A stretch of DNA of 36,954 bases from Candidatus Saccharimonadota bacterium (GTDB lineage Bacteria > Patescibacteriota > Saccharimonadia > Saccharimonadales > SZUA-47): positions 1 through 36,954 of the forward strand of contig QIKK01000040.1 in the NCBI GenBank assembly GCA_003231925.1, given 5' to 3'. The position numbers and the translations under genes were made by a program. The notes under the pieces were generated by a model. That model was not told the origin of the DNA. It saw only the letters and a program-made list of their open reading frames with translations, and made no database searches. Each line of letters begins with the position of its first letter. Position 1 is the stretch's first letter. Positions 6,844 to 15,773 of this stretch are shown piece after piece.

Positions 6844-9374
6844 AATTTAGTATAGATATGGCTCAGTTTTTTAGCAATGTAGACCTGGTATCATTACCGC
6901 GTGATGAAGTCGTTCAGCGCCTCGGCTCACAGTTGGGGGCAATCGAGGAAGTTATTGACTGGGCTCCAAGATACTACGGATTAATTATAGTGGAGGTTGT
7001 TAAATGCGAGAAACACCCCAATGCAGATAAATTGAGTATTTGTTTGGTTAACGATGGCAGAGTCGTGGAAGATGTCGAGAGAGATAAGGACGGTCTAGTG
7101 CAAATTGTTTGCGGTGCTTCCAACGTTACAGCCGGAATGCTAGCGGCCTGGATACCACCAGGAATTACAGTTCCTAGTACTTTTAGCGATAAACGTCCTG
7201 TAGTCATGGAATCTCGAGAGCTCCGAGGAAAAGTTAGCAATGGGATGCTGGCTAGTCCTAAAGAGCTGGATATTAGTGAGGAACATCAGGGAATTTTAGA
7301 TATATCTGCTGATGAGTTGGCTCACCGGCCGACTCCGGGGGAAGCTCTGAGAGATTTTTTTGGGTTGGATGATTTTATAATTGATTGTGAGAACAAGATG
7401 TTCACACATCGCCCGGATTGTTTTGGTAACTTAGGGATTGCCCGCGAATTAGCTGGTATTTTTGGGCTCCAATTTAAAAGCCCAGACTGGTACCTTAAAC
7501 CTTTAGTGCAAGAAAAAGATAAAAAAGACGGATTTGTGGAATTAAAAGTTGTTAATAATATCTCGGAATTGGTGCCTAGGTTTACGATTGTTACCATGGG
7601 CAATATTAAAAATGGTCCAAGCCCAATATGGTTGCAATCGACCCTAAAGAGAGTTGGCATTAAACCGATTAGTAAGATTGTTGATATTACAAATTACGTG
7701 ATGCATTTAACAGGGCAACCATTGCATGCTTTTGATTATGATAAGCTTCAAAAATGTTCCAATGAACCTAGTTTGAGTCCGCGTCTGGCGAAAGAGGGTG
7801 AAAAAATAACTCTTCTTGGGGGTAGAGAAGTAACTCTGACTAAAGATGACATTGTCATTGCGACTGATAAACAAGCTGTGGCAATAGCCGGTATTATGGG
7901 TGGAGCAGATACCGAGGTAGACATAAATACCAGGAATATAGTTATAGAATGTGCTAATTTTGATATGTATGCAATACGTCGCACAAGTATGCGACACGGA
8001 ATATTTACAGACGCCGTTACAAGATTTAATAAAGGTCAAAGTCCTTTGCAAAATGATCGAGTTTTGGCTTATGTCATGAAATTGATGAGCGAACAGACTG
8101 GGGCAGTTTTAGTAAGCCCAGTTTACGATTTAGCGGGCTTTGATTTATCGGCTGATAATCTAGATCATCTGAGAGTGGAGGTTGATTTTATAAATGCTAA
8201 GCTTGACACTGAACTGACCCCCCAGCAGATAAAAGTGTTACTTGAAAATGTGGAGTTTATTGTAGATATTCAAGGCCGTACACTGAATATAACGGTACCG
8301 TTCTGGCGGATGGATGTTGCTATTGCTGATGATATTGTCGAGGAAGTAGGACGTTTATACGGTTATAGTAAATTGCCAGTAAGGTTGCCATTACGTAGCT
8401 CTAAGCCTACTACAATCAATAAAACTCGTCGGTTTAAACAACAATTGAGAGACATTTTAGTTGGTGCGGGAGCTAATGAATTACTGACCTATAGTTTTGT
8501 GCATGGTAATTTATTAGACAAAATTGGTGTTGATGCCAATGCTAGCGCTTATCACTTACGTAATGCCCTAAGTCCAGATTTACAGTATTATCGTACAAAC
8601 TTGACCGCCAGTATTCTAGCCAAGGTCCACGCTAATATAAAACAGGGCGCCGGACGCATAGATAATGAGTTTGCATTATTTGAGTTGGGTAAAACGCATC
8701 TAAAAGGCTTAAAAGAACCAGACGATTCTGGTTTACCGATGCAACGCAGGCGATTGGCGTTTGTTTTTACTGCGGACAATAAAATAGCCAAAAAATACCA
8801 AAGCTCTGCCTACTATCAAGTCAAAAAATATCTAGATCTAATTACCAATAATCAGACTATCTACACGCCTCTGGAGGATTCTGATAATAGCGAAAATACT
8901 TTTTATCAAAAAGGCCGTGGTGCGGTAGTTAGTATTGGTGAGGTAGAAGTCGGTACAATTGGGGAATACAATAATGCCGTCAAGAAAGACTTAAAGTTGC
9001 CAGATTTTACAGCTGGTTTCGAGCTAGACACAGATTTACTAATGCAACATCTGTCCAAAAAAACCTATCAACCCATATCTAAATTTCCGGACAGCCAACA
9101 AGACATGACTTTAGAGGTAGATTTAAGTTTACAATGGTCGGATGTCTGTAATTTACTGCACGCTGAACTTCTGGTTTACGGGGCAGAGGAGGGTTATACC
9201 TTTGACATTGAGCCTCTAGATATTTTCCGGGCTGAGGGTTCTGATAAGAAACGCTTTACGTATAGGGTGCATATTAGTAATCATAGAAAAACTTTAAAGA
9301 CAGAGGAAGTCAGCAGAATCATAAAACATCTTGCTAAGGTAACGAATGAAAAGTTTAAAGCTACTCTTATATAG
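6840..9374 (+). CDS. pheT: phenylalanine--tRNA ligase beta subunit
   Basis: 844 aa. N-terminal tRNA-binding domain (VVKCEKHPNADKLSICLV), then B3/4, B5 and anticodon-binding-like regions in the usual order. Confidence 0.95.
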   Translation: MKFSIDMAQFFSNVDLVSLPRDEVVQRLGSQLGAIEEVIDWAPRYYGLIIVEVVKCEKHPNADKLSICLVNDGRVVEDVERDKDGLVQIVCGASNVTAGMLAAWIPPGITVPSTFSDKRPVVMESRELRGKVSNGMLASPKELDISEEHQGILDISADELAHRPTPGEALRDFFGLDDFIIDCENKMFTHRPDCFGNLGIARELAGIFGLQFKSPDWYLKPLVQEKDKKDGFVELKVVNNISELVPRFTIVTMGNIKNGPSPIWLQSTLKRVGIKPISKIVDITNYVMHLTGQPLHAFDYDKLQKCSNEPSLSPRLAKEGEKITLLGGREVTLTKDDIVIATDKQAVAIAGIMGGADTEVDINTRNIVIECANFDMYAIRRTSMRHGIFTDAVTRFNKGQSPLQNDRVLAYVMKLMSEQTGAVLVSPVYDLAGFDLSADNLDHLRVEVDFINAKLDTELTPQQIKVLLENVEFIVDIQGRTLNITVPFWRMDVAIADDIVEEVGRLYGYSKLPVRLPLRSSKPTTINKTRRFKQQLRDILVGAGANELLTYSFVHGNLLDKIGVDANASAYHLRNALSPDLQYYRTNLTASILAKVHANIKQGAGRIDNEFALFELGKTHLKGLKEPDDSGLPMQRRRLAFVFTADNKIAKKYQSSAYYQVKKYLDLITNNQTIYTPLEDSDNSENTFYQKGRGAVVSIGEVEVGTIGEYNNAVKKDLKLPDFTAGFELDTDLLMQHLSKKTYQPISKFPDSQQDMTLEVDLSLQWSDVCNLLHAELLVYGAEEGYTFDIEPLDIFRAEGSDKKRFTYRVHISNHRKTLKTEEVSRIIKHLAKVTNEKFKATLI

Positions 9375-11091
9375 TTTATTTTTTGGTTTAATAGTATCCG
9401 CCTTTCTGGGTGCTGGCTTAGCTGGAGCACAAGGCGTTAATGATTTTATAATCAACAATTTTTCTGCTAATTATGAATTATCCAATCAGGATCCACAGGG
9501 TTTTATGAAAATTACTGAGAATATTAATCTGGATTTTTCTGGTCGCAATCATGGTATAGAACGCGCCATTCCTAAGACATATAAAGGTAATAATTTAAAT
9601 GTAGCTGTTCTTGCCGTAAAGCGGGATGGTAAAACTGAACAATATAAGACTCGGAGTAGTTCTGGGAATCTAGTCATCAAGATCGGTAATCCCAGTAAAA
9701 CTATTACTGGTAAACACAACTATCAGATTTCCTATTCGGTTGCTAATGTTATAACATTTTACGATAATTACGATGAGCTATTTTGGAATATTAATGGTGA
9801 TCAGTGGAACCAACAATTCAATAAAGTTTCTTCAAAATTAACTACCGATGCTCCGCAATACGCCAAACTCAAGCAAGTTTGCTATACGGCGTCTTATGGT
9901 GGTAAGGGTGAAAGTTCAGATTGTAGTATATCCAGAAATGGTAACACAATCTCTGCGGACACAACTAAGGGGCTACCTAAACGTAGCTCTTTAAAAATTG
10001 TTGTGGCTTTTGATAAAGGCTATTTTACTCCTGCTAATTTTTGGGAGAGAAATCCGTATTTGATGATTGTTGGAGCTGTCATTTCTATCCAATTGATGTT
10101 TGTAATATCTGCAGACAGAAGATGGCGTAAAAATGGTAAAGATAACAAGAGAAAAATTGTGGCACCAAACTTTGGGAGGCCTAAAAATGTTAGTGTGATG
10201 CAAGCTTATTATGTCAATAAGAACGGCTTACAACCAAAATATATAACAGCTAATTTAGTAGACTTGGCTATTAGGGGTTACATAAAGTTTGTCGAGTCAA
10301 AAACCGCTAGAAAGGTAGGGCATACTTTGGTGTTATTAAAATTACCCGACAGTAAGCTTTTAAAAGATGAAAAACTACTAATTAATGAATTTTTCACAAA
10401 TCCTTTATCCGTGGGCTCTAAAGTTAAGATTGAGTCCTTAAAAAATAAAATGGATAAAACAGTAGTAAAAATTAAGAAACTTGTCGATAAAGAAGTAGTA
10501 GAAAAAGGTTATTATGAGATTTCTCCTCTAAAAAACGCCAGTTATATTATTAAGCAAGCACTTCTAGGCTTTGTACCAATTATCTTAGGCTACTTTTTCA
10601 AGAATTATTATTACGGCCTAACCCTGATAGTTGGAATTTTTATAGCTTTTGCTATGATTCTCTATGCGGTTTTGATGGTTAAGTGGACCCCGAAAGGTCT
10701 GGTGCTTGCCGAACATCTAGACGGGCTTAAATTGTATTTAAAAACTGCCGAAACGGAACGTTTAGCTGCAACTCAATCTGTTGATGCACCGCTTGCGACA
10801 AGATCTAATCAACCAGTACACGACGTAGTTTTCTTTGAAAAACTCCTGCCTTATGCCATCGCAGCCGGAGTAGAGACAACCTGGGCTAAAGCATTTACCG
10901 GTATTTATCAACAACCTCCAGACTGGTACGATGGACGATGGACTGCATTTTCTACGATTGCCTTAATGAGTAGTATCAGGACAACTTCTACGGCAACGGC
11001 AAACGCTTTTACTCCACCATCAAGTTCTGGTGGCTCTGGCTTCTCCGGCGGAGGAGGAGGTGGCGGTGGCGGAGGAGGAGGTGGCTGGTAG
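9346..11091 (+). CDS. DUF2207-domain membrane protein with C-terminal poly-glycine tail
   Basis: 581 aa. Signal peptide, extracellular N-domain, TM segments, and the typical tail SSGGSGFSGGGGGGGGGGGGGW. Overlaps the pheT end by 29 nt. Confidence 0.8.
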   Translation: MKSLKLLLYSLFFGLIVSAFLGAGLAGAQGVNDFIINNFSANYELSNQDPQGFMKITENINLDFSGRNHGIERAIPKTYKGNNLNVAVLAVKRDGKTEQYKTRSSSGNLVIKIGNPSKTITGKHNYQISYSVANVITFYDNYDELFWNINGDQWNQQFNKVSSKLTTDAPQYAKLKQVCYTASYGGKGESSDCSISRNGNTISADTTKGLPKRSSLKIVVAFDKGYFTPANFWERNPYLMIVGAVISIQLMFVISADRRWRKNGKDNKRKIVAPNFGRPKNVSVMQAYYVNKNGLQPKYITANLVDLAIRGYIKFVESKTARKVGHTLVLLKLPDSKLLKDEKLLINEFFTNPLSVGSKVKIESLKNKMDKTVVKIKKLVDKEVVEKGYYEISPLKNASYIIKQALLGFVPIILGYFFKNYYYGLTLIVGIFIAFAMILYAVLMVKWTPKGLVLAEHLDGLKLYLKTAETERLAATQSVDAPLATRSNQPVHDVVFFEKLLPYAIAAGVETTWAKAFTGIYQQPPDWYDGRWTAFSTIALMSSIRTTSTATANAFTPPSSSGGSGFSGGGGGGGGGGGGGW

Positions 11092-11317
11092 CCCAAAAAA
11101 CAAGAGTAACTCTAGCCTGTCATTTTGCGGAGTAGCAGATACCGTCAGCTTCTTGGTTTCTTCCGTTCCATTATGATTTACACTTCAACATATTATATAT
11201 ATGGTTCGTCACGGTTTTGCTCTTAAAATAACTAGACATGCTTAAGTCAGAGTCGGAAGGTCTACCTGTATAGTCAGACGAAGTTAGACCGTTTTGCATT
11301 TTTTAGCTACTGGTGTG

Positions 11318-11326
11318 TGGTATAGT
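11318..11326 (+). promoter_or_regulatory. candidate extended -10 (TGgTATAGT) for the riboswitch-metK transcript
   Basis: Lies about 20 nt upstream of the riboswitch aptamer. Confidence 0.3.
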
Positions 11327-11347
11327 TATTAACATTAACAATTAAAC

Positions 11348-11455
11348 AATATACAGAGAGTAGCGAGGGATCTAGCCCTACGACCTACCAGCAACCAGTC
11401 ACTTGTGGCATTGGTGCTAAGTCTAGCTTGTCTAAGAACGGCAAGGAAGATATTT
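11348..11455 (+). promoter_or_regulatory. SAM-I (S-box) riboswitch aptamer
   Basis: ACAGAGAGUAGCGAGGGAUCUAGCCCUACGACCUACCAGCAACC...GGUGCUAAGUCUAGC...GGAAGAUAU matches the SAM-I core (AGAGAGG.GGAGGGA..GGCCC.AUGA..CC.GCAACC ... GGUGCUAA.UCCAGC ... GAUA). It sits directly upstream of metK. Confidence 0.85.
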
Positions 11456-11465
11456 ATTATAAATG

Positions 11466-11512
11466 CTCCTTTTTTGCCAAATAACGACAAGACAAAGAAA
11501 AGGAGTTTTTTT
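11466..11512 (+). terminator. riboswitch expression-platform hairpin (terminator-like and SD-sequestering)
   Basis: CUCCUUUUUU (11466-11475) pairs with AGAAAAGGAG (11496-11505, one G-U pair). The 3' arm contains the metK SD AAGGAG and is followed by U7 (11506-11512) and then ATG 11514. Confidence 0.5.
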
Positions 11513-11513
11513 A

Positions 11514-12629
11514 ATGTCATATACATTATTTACAAGTGAATCTGTTGCTGCTGGTCATCCAGATAAAATGGCCGACGCGATTAGCGATGCTATTTTAGAC
11601 GCTATATTAGAGCAAGATCCAACAGCTAGAACTGGGCTTGAAACGATAGTAGGTGCTAATAGGGTTGGTCTATTTGGTGAGATTAAAACTACTGCAAAAA
11701 TAGACTTTAAGGATATTACCAGTCAGACAATTAAACGTTTAGGCTACATTAATTCAGAATGGAATTTTTCAGATAAGTCACCAATTGATGTTTACATCCA
11801 TCAACAGTCGCCAGAAATCTCTATTGGTGTAGATAATGATGGTGCTGGTGATCAAGGAATGATGTTCGGCTATGCTTGCACAGAAACAGAAGAATTAATG
11901 CCACTGCCCATTACGCTAGCACACGCTCTTACAAAACAACTAGATCAAAAACGAGAAGATGGAACAATTAAATGGCTAAGGCCAGACGGGAAAAGTCAGG
12001 TCACCATAAGATATCACAAAGATAAACCAATATCCGTAGAAAAGGTCGTAATGGCGGTGGCACATCAAGAAAAAGTCAAAGAATCCGAGGTGCGGAGAGT
12101 GATTAAAAACAAGATAATCGACCCTGTGTTAGAAAAATACGGCTATTCTGTGGAAACGAGGCAGGTGGTGATTAACGGTACTGGTCTTTGGCATATACCC
12201 GGTCCAGATACTGATGCTGGCCTGACCGGAAGAAAAATTGTTGTTGATACTTATGGGGGCTATGCTCGCGTTGGTGGTGGTGCTTTTAGTGGTAAAGATC
12301 CTAGTAAAGTAGATCGTTCTGGTGCTTATGCTGCTAGATATATTGCCAAAAACATTGTAGCGTCTGGACTTGCTGATAGGTGTGAGGTTGCTCTGGCTTA
12401 CGTTATTGGACAAGCTCAACCGCAAATGAAAGCCTTTGATACTTTTGATACCGAGAATAAAGTCAATCAAAAAGAGATATCTGATTATATAGATAAACTC
12501 CTAGACACTTCTGTAAACGGCATATTGAAAGGTTTAAACTTAAGGCGACCGATTTATAGTCGAACCAGCGCCTACGGTCATTTTGGTAAAAAAAATCTTC
12601 CATGGGAGAAAATTATCAAAAAAAATTAA
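11514..12629 (+). CDS. metK: S-adenosylmethionine synthase
   Basis: MSYTLFTSESVAAGHPDKMAD and GAGDQGMMFGYA motifs. AAGGAG SD upstream of ATG 11514. The track start at 11463 would read through the riboswitch platform. Confidence 0.95.
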   Translation: MSYTLFTSESVAAGHPDKMADAISDAILDAILEQDPTARTGLETIVGANRVGLFGEIKTTAKIDFKDITSQTIKRLGYINSEWNFSDKSPIDVYIHQQSPEISIGVDNDGAGDQGMMFGYACTETEELMPLPITLAHALTKQLDQKREDGTIKWLRPDGKSQVTIRYHKDKPISVEKVVMAVAHQEKVKESEVRRVIKNKIIDPVLEKYGYSVETRQVVINGTGLWHIPGPDTDAGLTGRKIVVDTYGGYARVGGGAFSGKDPSKVDRSGAYAARYIAKNIVASGLADRCEVALAYVIGQAQPQMKAFDTFDTENKVNQKEISDYIDKLLDTSVNGILKGLNLRRPIYSRTSAYGHFGKKNLPWEKIIKKN

Positions 12630-12756
12630 AGTTTTTTAAGAAGTAGTGATCAAGAATATGTCTAATTGTGACGTATATCACATATCTAAACATTAGCTTT
12701 AATGTAATATATAGATACGGATTTGATGAGGTGGTAACAACTCACAATCCATAAAA

Positions 12757-12780
12757 ATCGGGCAAAAGAGCCCGATTTTT
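12757..12780 (+). terminator. rho-independent terminator after metK
   Basis: ATCGGGC (12757-12763), loop AAAAGA, GCCCGAT (12770-12776), then TTTT. An A-run precedes it, so it could work in both directions. Confidence 0.7.
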
Positions 12781-12815
12781 AGTTTCAGCTTTTAATAAAA
12801 AACGAATTGTTTTAG

Positions 12816-12823
12816 TGTATACT
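12816..12823 (+). promoter_or_regulatory. candidate -10 (TGTATACT), 13 nt upstream of the ABC exporter ATG
   Basis: Embedded in the 8-4-8 inverted repeat at 12809-12828. No SD before ATG 12837. Confidence 0.3.
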
Positions 12824-12836
12824 AAAACAAACGATT

Positions 12837-14606
12837 ATGAAGGATATTTGGAGAATATTAAAGACTGGCAGTAGCCTACGGCTTAGTTATTTATTGGTCG
12901 GATTAATGACTATTCTTGTATCCCTTTCAACTGTCTTGATGCCATTGTTATCTGGCTGGGCAATTAATGAAATTCAAAAAGGCTCGACCGCCAGTACTTC
13001 GCATGCTGCATTACTGGCTTTAGCTATCTTCTTATTGGATTTAGCACAAAACTTTTTTAGTAATTGGGGTGGCTATATCGGGGATCAAATCTCTGTTAAA
13101 TTAAATAAACTCCTGAGTGAAAATTATTATGCGCATCTTATGTCTTTACCACAGAAATATTTTGACACAGAGTTATCTGGTAAAATTATCTCTCGGTTAA
13201 ATCGCTCTATTGTACAGATCTCAAACTTTATAGAAATGGTAACAAATAATTTCTTGCAGTTTATATTTAGCACAATTTTTAGTTTAGTGGTTGTATTTAT
13301 CATAAGCTGGCCTGTTGGTTTGATGTTACTTTCTCTCTATCCGATATTTATATGGATGACAATTAAAAGCAGTAGTACTTGGCAGGAATATCAAGTCCAA
13401 AAAAACAATAATTTTGATCTTGCTAACGGTCGATTTGCGGAGGCAATAACTCAGGTCAAAGTGGTAAAAAGCTACGGTCAAAAAAAACGAGAGCTAAGCT
13501 TTTTTAGCGGGCATTTCAGTAATGTATTAAGACTAAATAGACCACAATCCAAATTTTGGCATCAACAGGATTTCAAGCGACGTTTAGTTTTAAACATTAT
13601 CTTTTTTGGAGTATATAGTTTTATATTTGTTCGTGGGGTGCAGGGAGCTTTCAACGCTGGACAGGCAGTGACTTTAATCTTGTACGCGTTAAATATTAGA
13701 ATACCTATTTTTACAATAAGCTTTTTGGTCGAAAGTACTCAGCGCTCAATTAGTGATAGTAGAGATTATTTTACTGTTATGGACGTGAGACCAGAGGTTG
13801 ATAGAGCTACGAAAAAATTATTGGTTAAAAAAGGACAAATATCATTTAACAATGTGTCCTTTCACTACGTCAGAGGAAAAGATATTATCAAAAACCTAGA
13901 TTTTAAAATTCAAGCTGGTCAAAAAGTAGCGCTGGTGGGCGAGAGTGGAGAGGGTAAAACAACTTTATCTAATCTAATATTGAGATTATACGATCCTCAG
14001 AAAGGTGCCATTCTAATTGACGATCAAGACATTAATAACGTTACAAAAGTATCTTTACGGAACCAGATTTCTGTTGTTTTCCAGGAGCCTAACCTATTTA
14101 GCGGTAGTATTAGAGAGAATATTTCTTACGGTAACCCAAGAGCTAAGGACAGTCAGGTAAAAAGAGCTGCCAAGGCTGCCAATGCTCACGAATTTATCAA
14201 TAATCTAAAAGATGGTTATGATACCGAGATTGGCGAAAAGGGCTTAAAACTTTCTGGTGGGCAAAAACAACGCATTGCTATAGCAAGGGCAATACTAAAA
14301 GACTCACCGTTACTAATTCTGGACGAGGCTACCAGTAGTCTAGACAGCAGGAGTGAACTATTAGTACAGGAGGCCCTAAAACACTTAATGAAGGGTAGAA
14401 CTAGCATTATTATCGCACACAGACTGAGTACTATACAGGATGTTGACACAATCATTTCTATGAAGGGCGGAAAAATTTCAGAAATAGGAACGCCAAAAGA
14501 ATTAGCAGAATCTGGTGGCATATACTCGCAGTTATTGAGTGTTCAGACCGCTCGCTCGTCAGAAGAACGCCAAGAAGCTCTGGCTAAGTTTGGTATAGTG
14601 TCTTAA
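12837..14606 (+). CDS. ABC transporter, fused permease/ATP-binding exporter (MsbA/MdlB-like)
   Basis: 589 aa. N-terminal six-TM-type region, Walker A GESGEGKTT, signature LSGGQKQR, Walker B LLILDEATS. Confidence 0.9.
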   Translation: MKDIWRILKTGSSLRLSYLLVGLMTILVSLSTVLMPLLSGWAINEIQKGSTASTSHAALLALAIFLLDLAQNFFSNWGGYIGDQISVKLNKLLSENYYAHLMSLPQKYFDTELSGKIISRLNRSIVQISNFIEMVTNNFLQFIFSTIFSLVVVFIISWPVGLMLLSLYPIFIWMTIKSSSTWQEYQVQKNNNFDLANGRFAEAITQVKVVKSYGQKKRELSFFSGHFSNVLRLNRPQSKFWHQQDFKRRLVLNIIFFGVYSFIFVRGVQGAFNAGQAVTLILYALNIRIPIFTISFLVESTQRSISDSRDYFTVMDVRPEVDRATKKLLVKKGQISFNNVSFHYVRGKDIIKNLDFKIQAGQKVALVGESGEGKTTLSNLILRLYDPQKGAILIDDQDINNVTKVSLRNQISVVFQEPNLFSGSIRENISYGNPRAKDSQVKRAAKAANAHEFINNLKDGYDTEIGEKGLKLSGGQKQRIAIARAILKDSPLLILDEATSSLDSRSELLVQEALKHLMKGRTSIIIAHRLSTIQDVDTIISMKGGKISEIGTPKELAESGGIYSQLLSVQTARSSEERQEALAKFGIVS

Positions 14607-14687
14607 AGAAGAGCTACTCTGATGAACTATGCTCAAATAATCACTAATGAATATTATTTATGTGACAAAAATACAACGATAATATTA

Positions 14688-14716
14688 TTGGACTGGACGA
14701 GCCAAATCGTTATACT
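14688..14716 (+). promoter_or_regulatory. candidate sigma70-type promoter TTGGAC-N17-TATACT
   Basis: -35 at 14688-14693 and -10 at 14711-14716. About 55-nt leader with SD CTGGAGGA before ATG 14771. Confidence 0.35.
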
Positions 14717-14770
14717 ATAATTCAGTAGTGAGTAATAAGCTAAAAATAAGTATACCTGGAGGATGATTGC

Positions 14771-15331
14771 ATGCCATTAAGTAAAACCCAGAGAGTGTCG
14801 TCATTTTTACTGGCGTTTATGTTCTTACTAACAACAATAGGTACTGCGGTTTATGTAATTATAACAATAAGACAAGGTGATGGCGGTATAGCTACAAACA
14901 GCTCTACTAACACTCCCCAGTTACAGAAAAATATTAAGGCTCAAGTGAATCCATTAGTAAATACAACCATAGAGAATTTTAAAAAACCTATAAAAATACC
15001 GGTTTTAAAGTACAAAGATGAAGTAGTCGGGAGTGGGGCTGTTGTTCAACCAGGCGACACGGTGACAATTCAATATACTGGCGCTCTGGCGTCAAACGGT
15101 AAGATTTTTGATTCCTCACGCGGGGTCAACAGTAAGCCTATAACATTTCCATTATCTAGTTTGATACAGGGCTGGCAAAAAGGCATTCCGGGCATGAAGG
15201 TTGGTGGTAAGAGACGCCTATATGTTCCAGCTGCAGACGGTTATGGTTCAGTTGGCGCAGGTCAGGCTATACCACCAAACTCCGATTTAATTTTTGATAT
15301 CGATTTAGTTAACACTACAAGGAGCAAATAG
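14771..15331 (+). CDS. membrane-anchored FKBP-type peptidyl-prolyl cis-trans isomerase
   Basis: N-terminal TM helix, then an FKBP domain (GDTVTIQYTGALASNGKIFDSS...GWQKGIPGMKVGGKRRLYVPA..GYG...IPPNSDLIFDIDLV). Confidence 0.85.
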   Translation: MPLSKTQRVSSFLLAFMFLLTTIGTAVYVIITIRQGDGGIATNSSTNTPQLQKNIKAQVNPLVNTTIENFKKPIKIPVLKYKDEVVGSGAVVQPGDTVTIQYTGALASNGKIFDSSRGVNSKPITFPLSSLIQGWQKGIPGMKVGGKRRLYVPAADGYGSVGAGQAIPPNSDLIFDIDLVNTTRSK

Positions 15332-15362
15332 ATAAAAATAAAAAACACAACATGTAGTGCTA

Positions 15363-15391
15363 TTGTATTTAGCGTAAGCACCATATACAAT
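15363..15391 (+). promoter_or_regulatory. candidate promoter TTGTAT-N17-TACAAT
   Basis: -35 at 15363-15368 and -10 at 15386-15391. Leader carries SD AAGGGG before ATG 15451. Confidence 0.4.
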
Positions 15392-15450
15392 ATACCTACT
15401 GAAGCAGTTAACAAACAAAATTAGCAAAAATAACAAGGGGTCTCGCAATC

Positions 15451-15693
15451 ATGAAAAAGATAACGGTATATACAACTAACACTTGCGGTTATTGTAAAAT
15501 GGTAAAAAAATGGCTAGATTCTAAGGGCGTAAAATACAATGTTATTAATTTAGATGATCATCCAGAAAAACAAAAAGAGATTTACGAGAAAAGTGGAGCG
15601 TTGACGGTTCCTGTCACACTGATAGAAAAAGAAGATAAAACAGAAGAGGTAGTGATAGGATTTAATTTGTCAAGATTAGCGTCGGTAGTTTAG
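15451..15693 (+). CDS. glutaredoxin-like (NrdH/Grx family) small redoxin
   Basis: 80 aa. KITVYTTNTCGYCKMVKKWLD with a CxxC active site and TVPV downstream. Confidence 0.8.
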   Translation: MKKITVYTTNTCGYCKMVKKWLDSKGVKYNVINLDDHPEKQKEIYEKSGALTVPVTLIEKEDKTEEVVIGFNLSRLASVV

Positions 15694-15773
15694 GATACCG
15701 GGATAAGGTTAGGGTACTTAAAATACAACCTAAAATTGTAAGATAAGCTCCGTCTTGAACATTAAGGAGAAAA

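Noticed and set aside
10908-11096. Minus-strand ORF encoding a poly-proline run.
   Set aside because: It is the mirror image of the (GGN)n tract that encodes the DUF2207 poly-Gly tail. It is nested antisense in a well-supported CDS.
11092-11317. Possible small RNA gene (SRP/4.5S RNA or tRNA) in the 225-nt ORF-free stretch after the DUF2207 gene. It contains GUCGGAAGG, which recalls the SRP GGAA tetraloop.
   Set aside because: The sequences flanking the GGAA do not pair into the required long hairpin on either strand. No tRNA T-loop or acceptor pattern is present. The stretch is left unassigned apart from the candidate promoter.
11335-11526. 63-aa minus-strand ORF, and the 17-codon N-terminal extension of the metK ORF (11463-11513).
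   Set aside because: Both overlap the SAM-I riboswitch and its expression platform. The metK homology and the SD point to ATG 11514.
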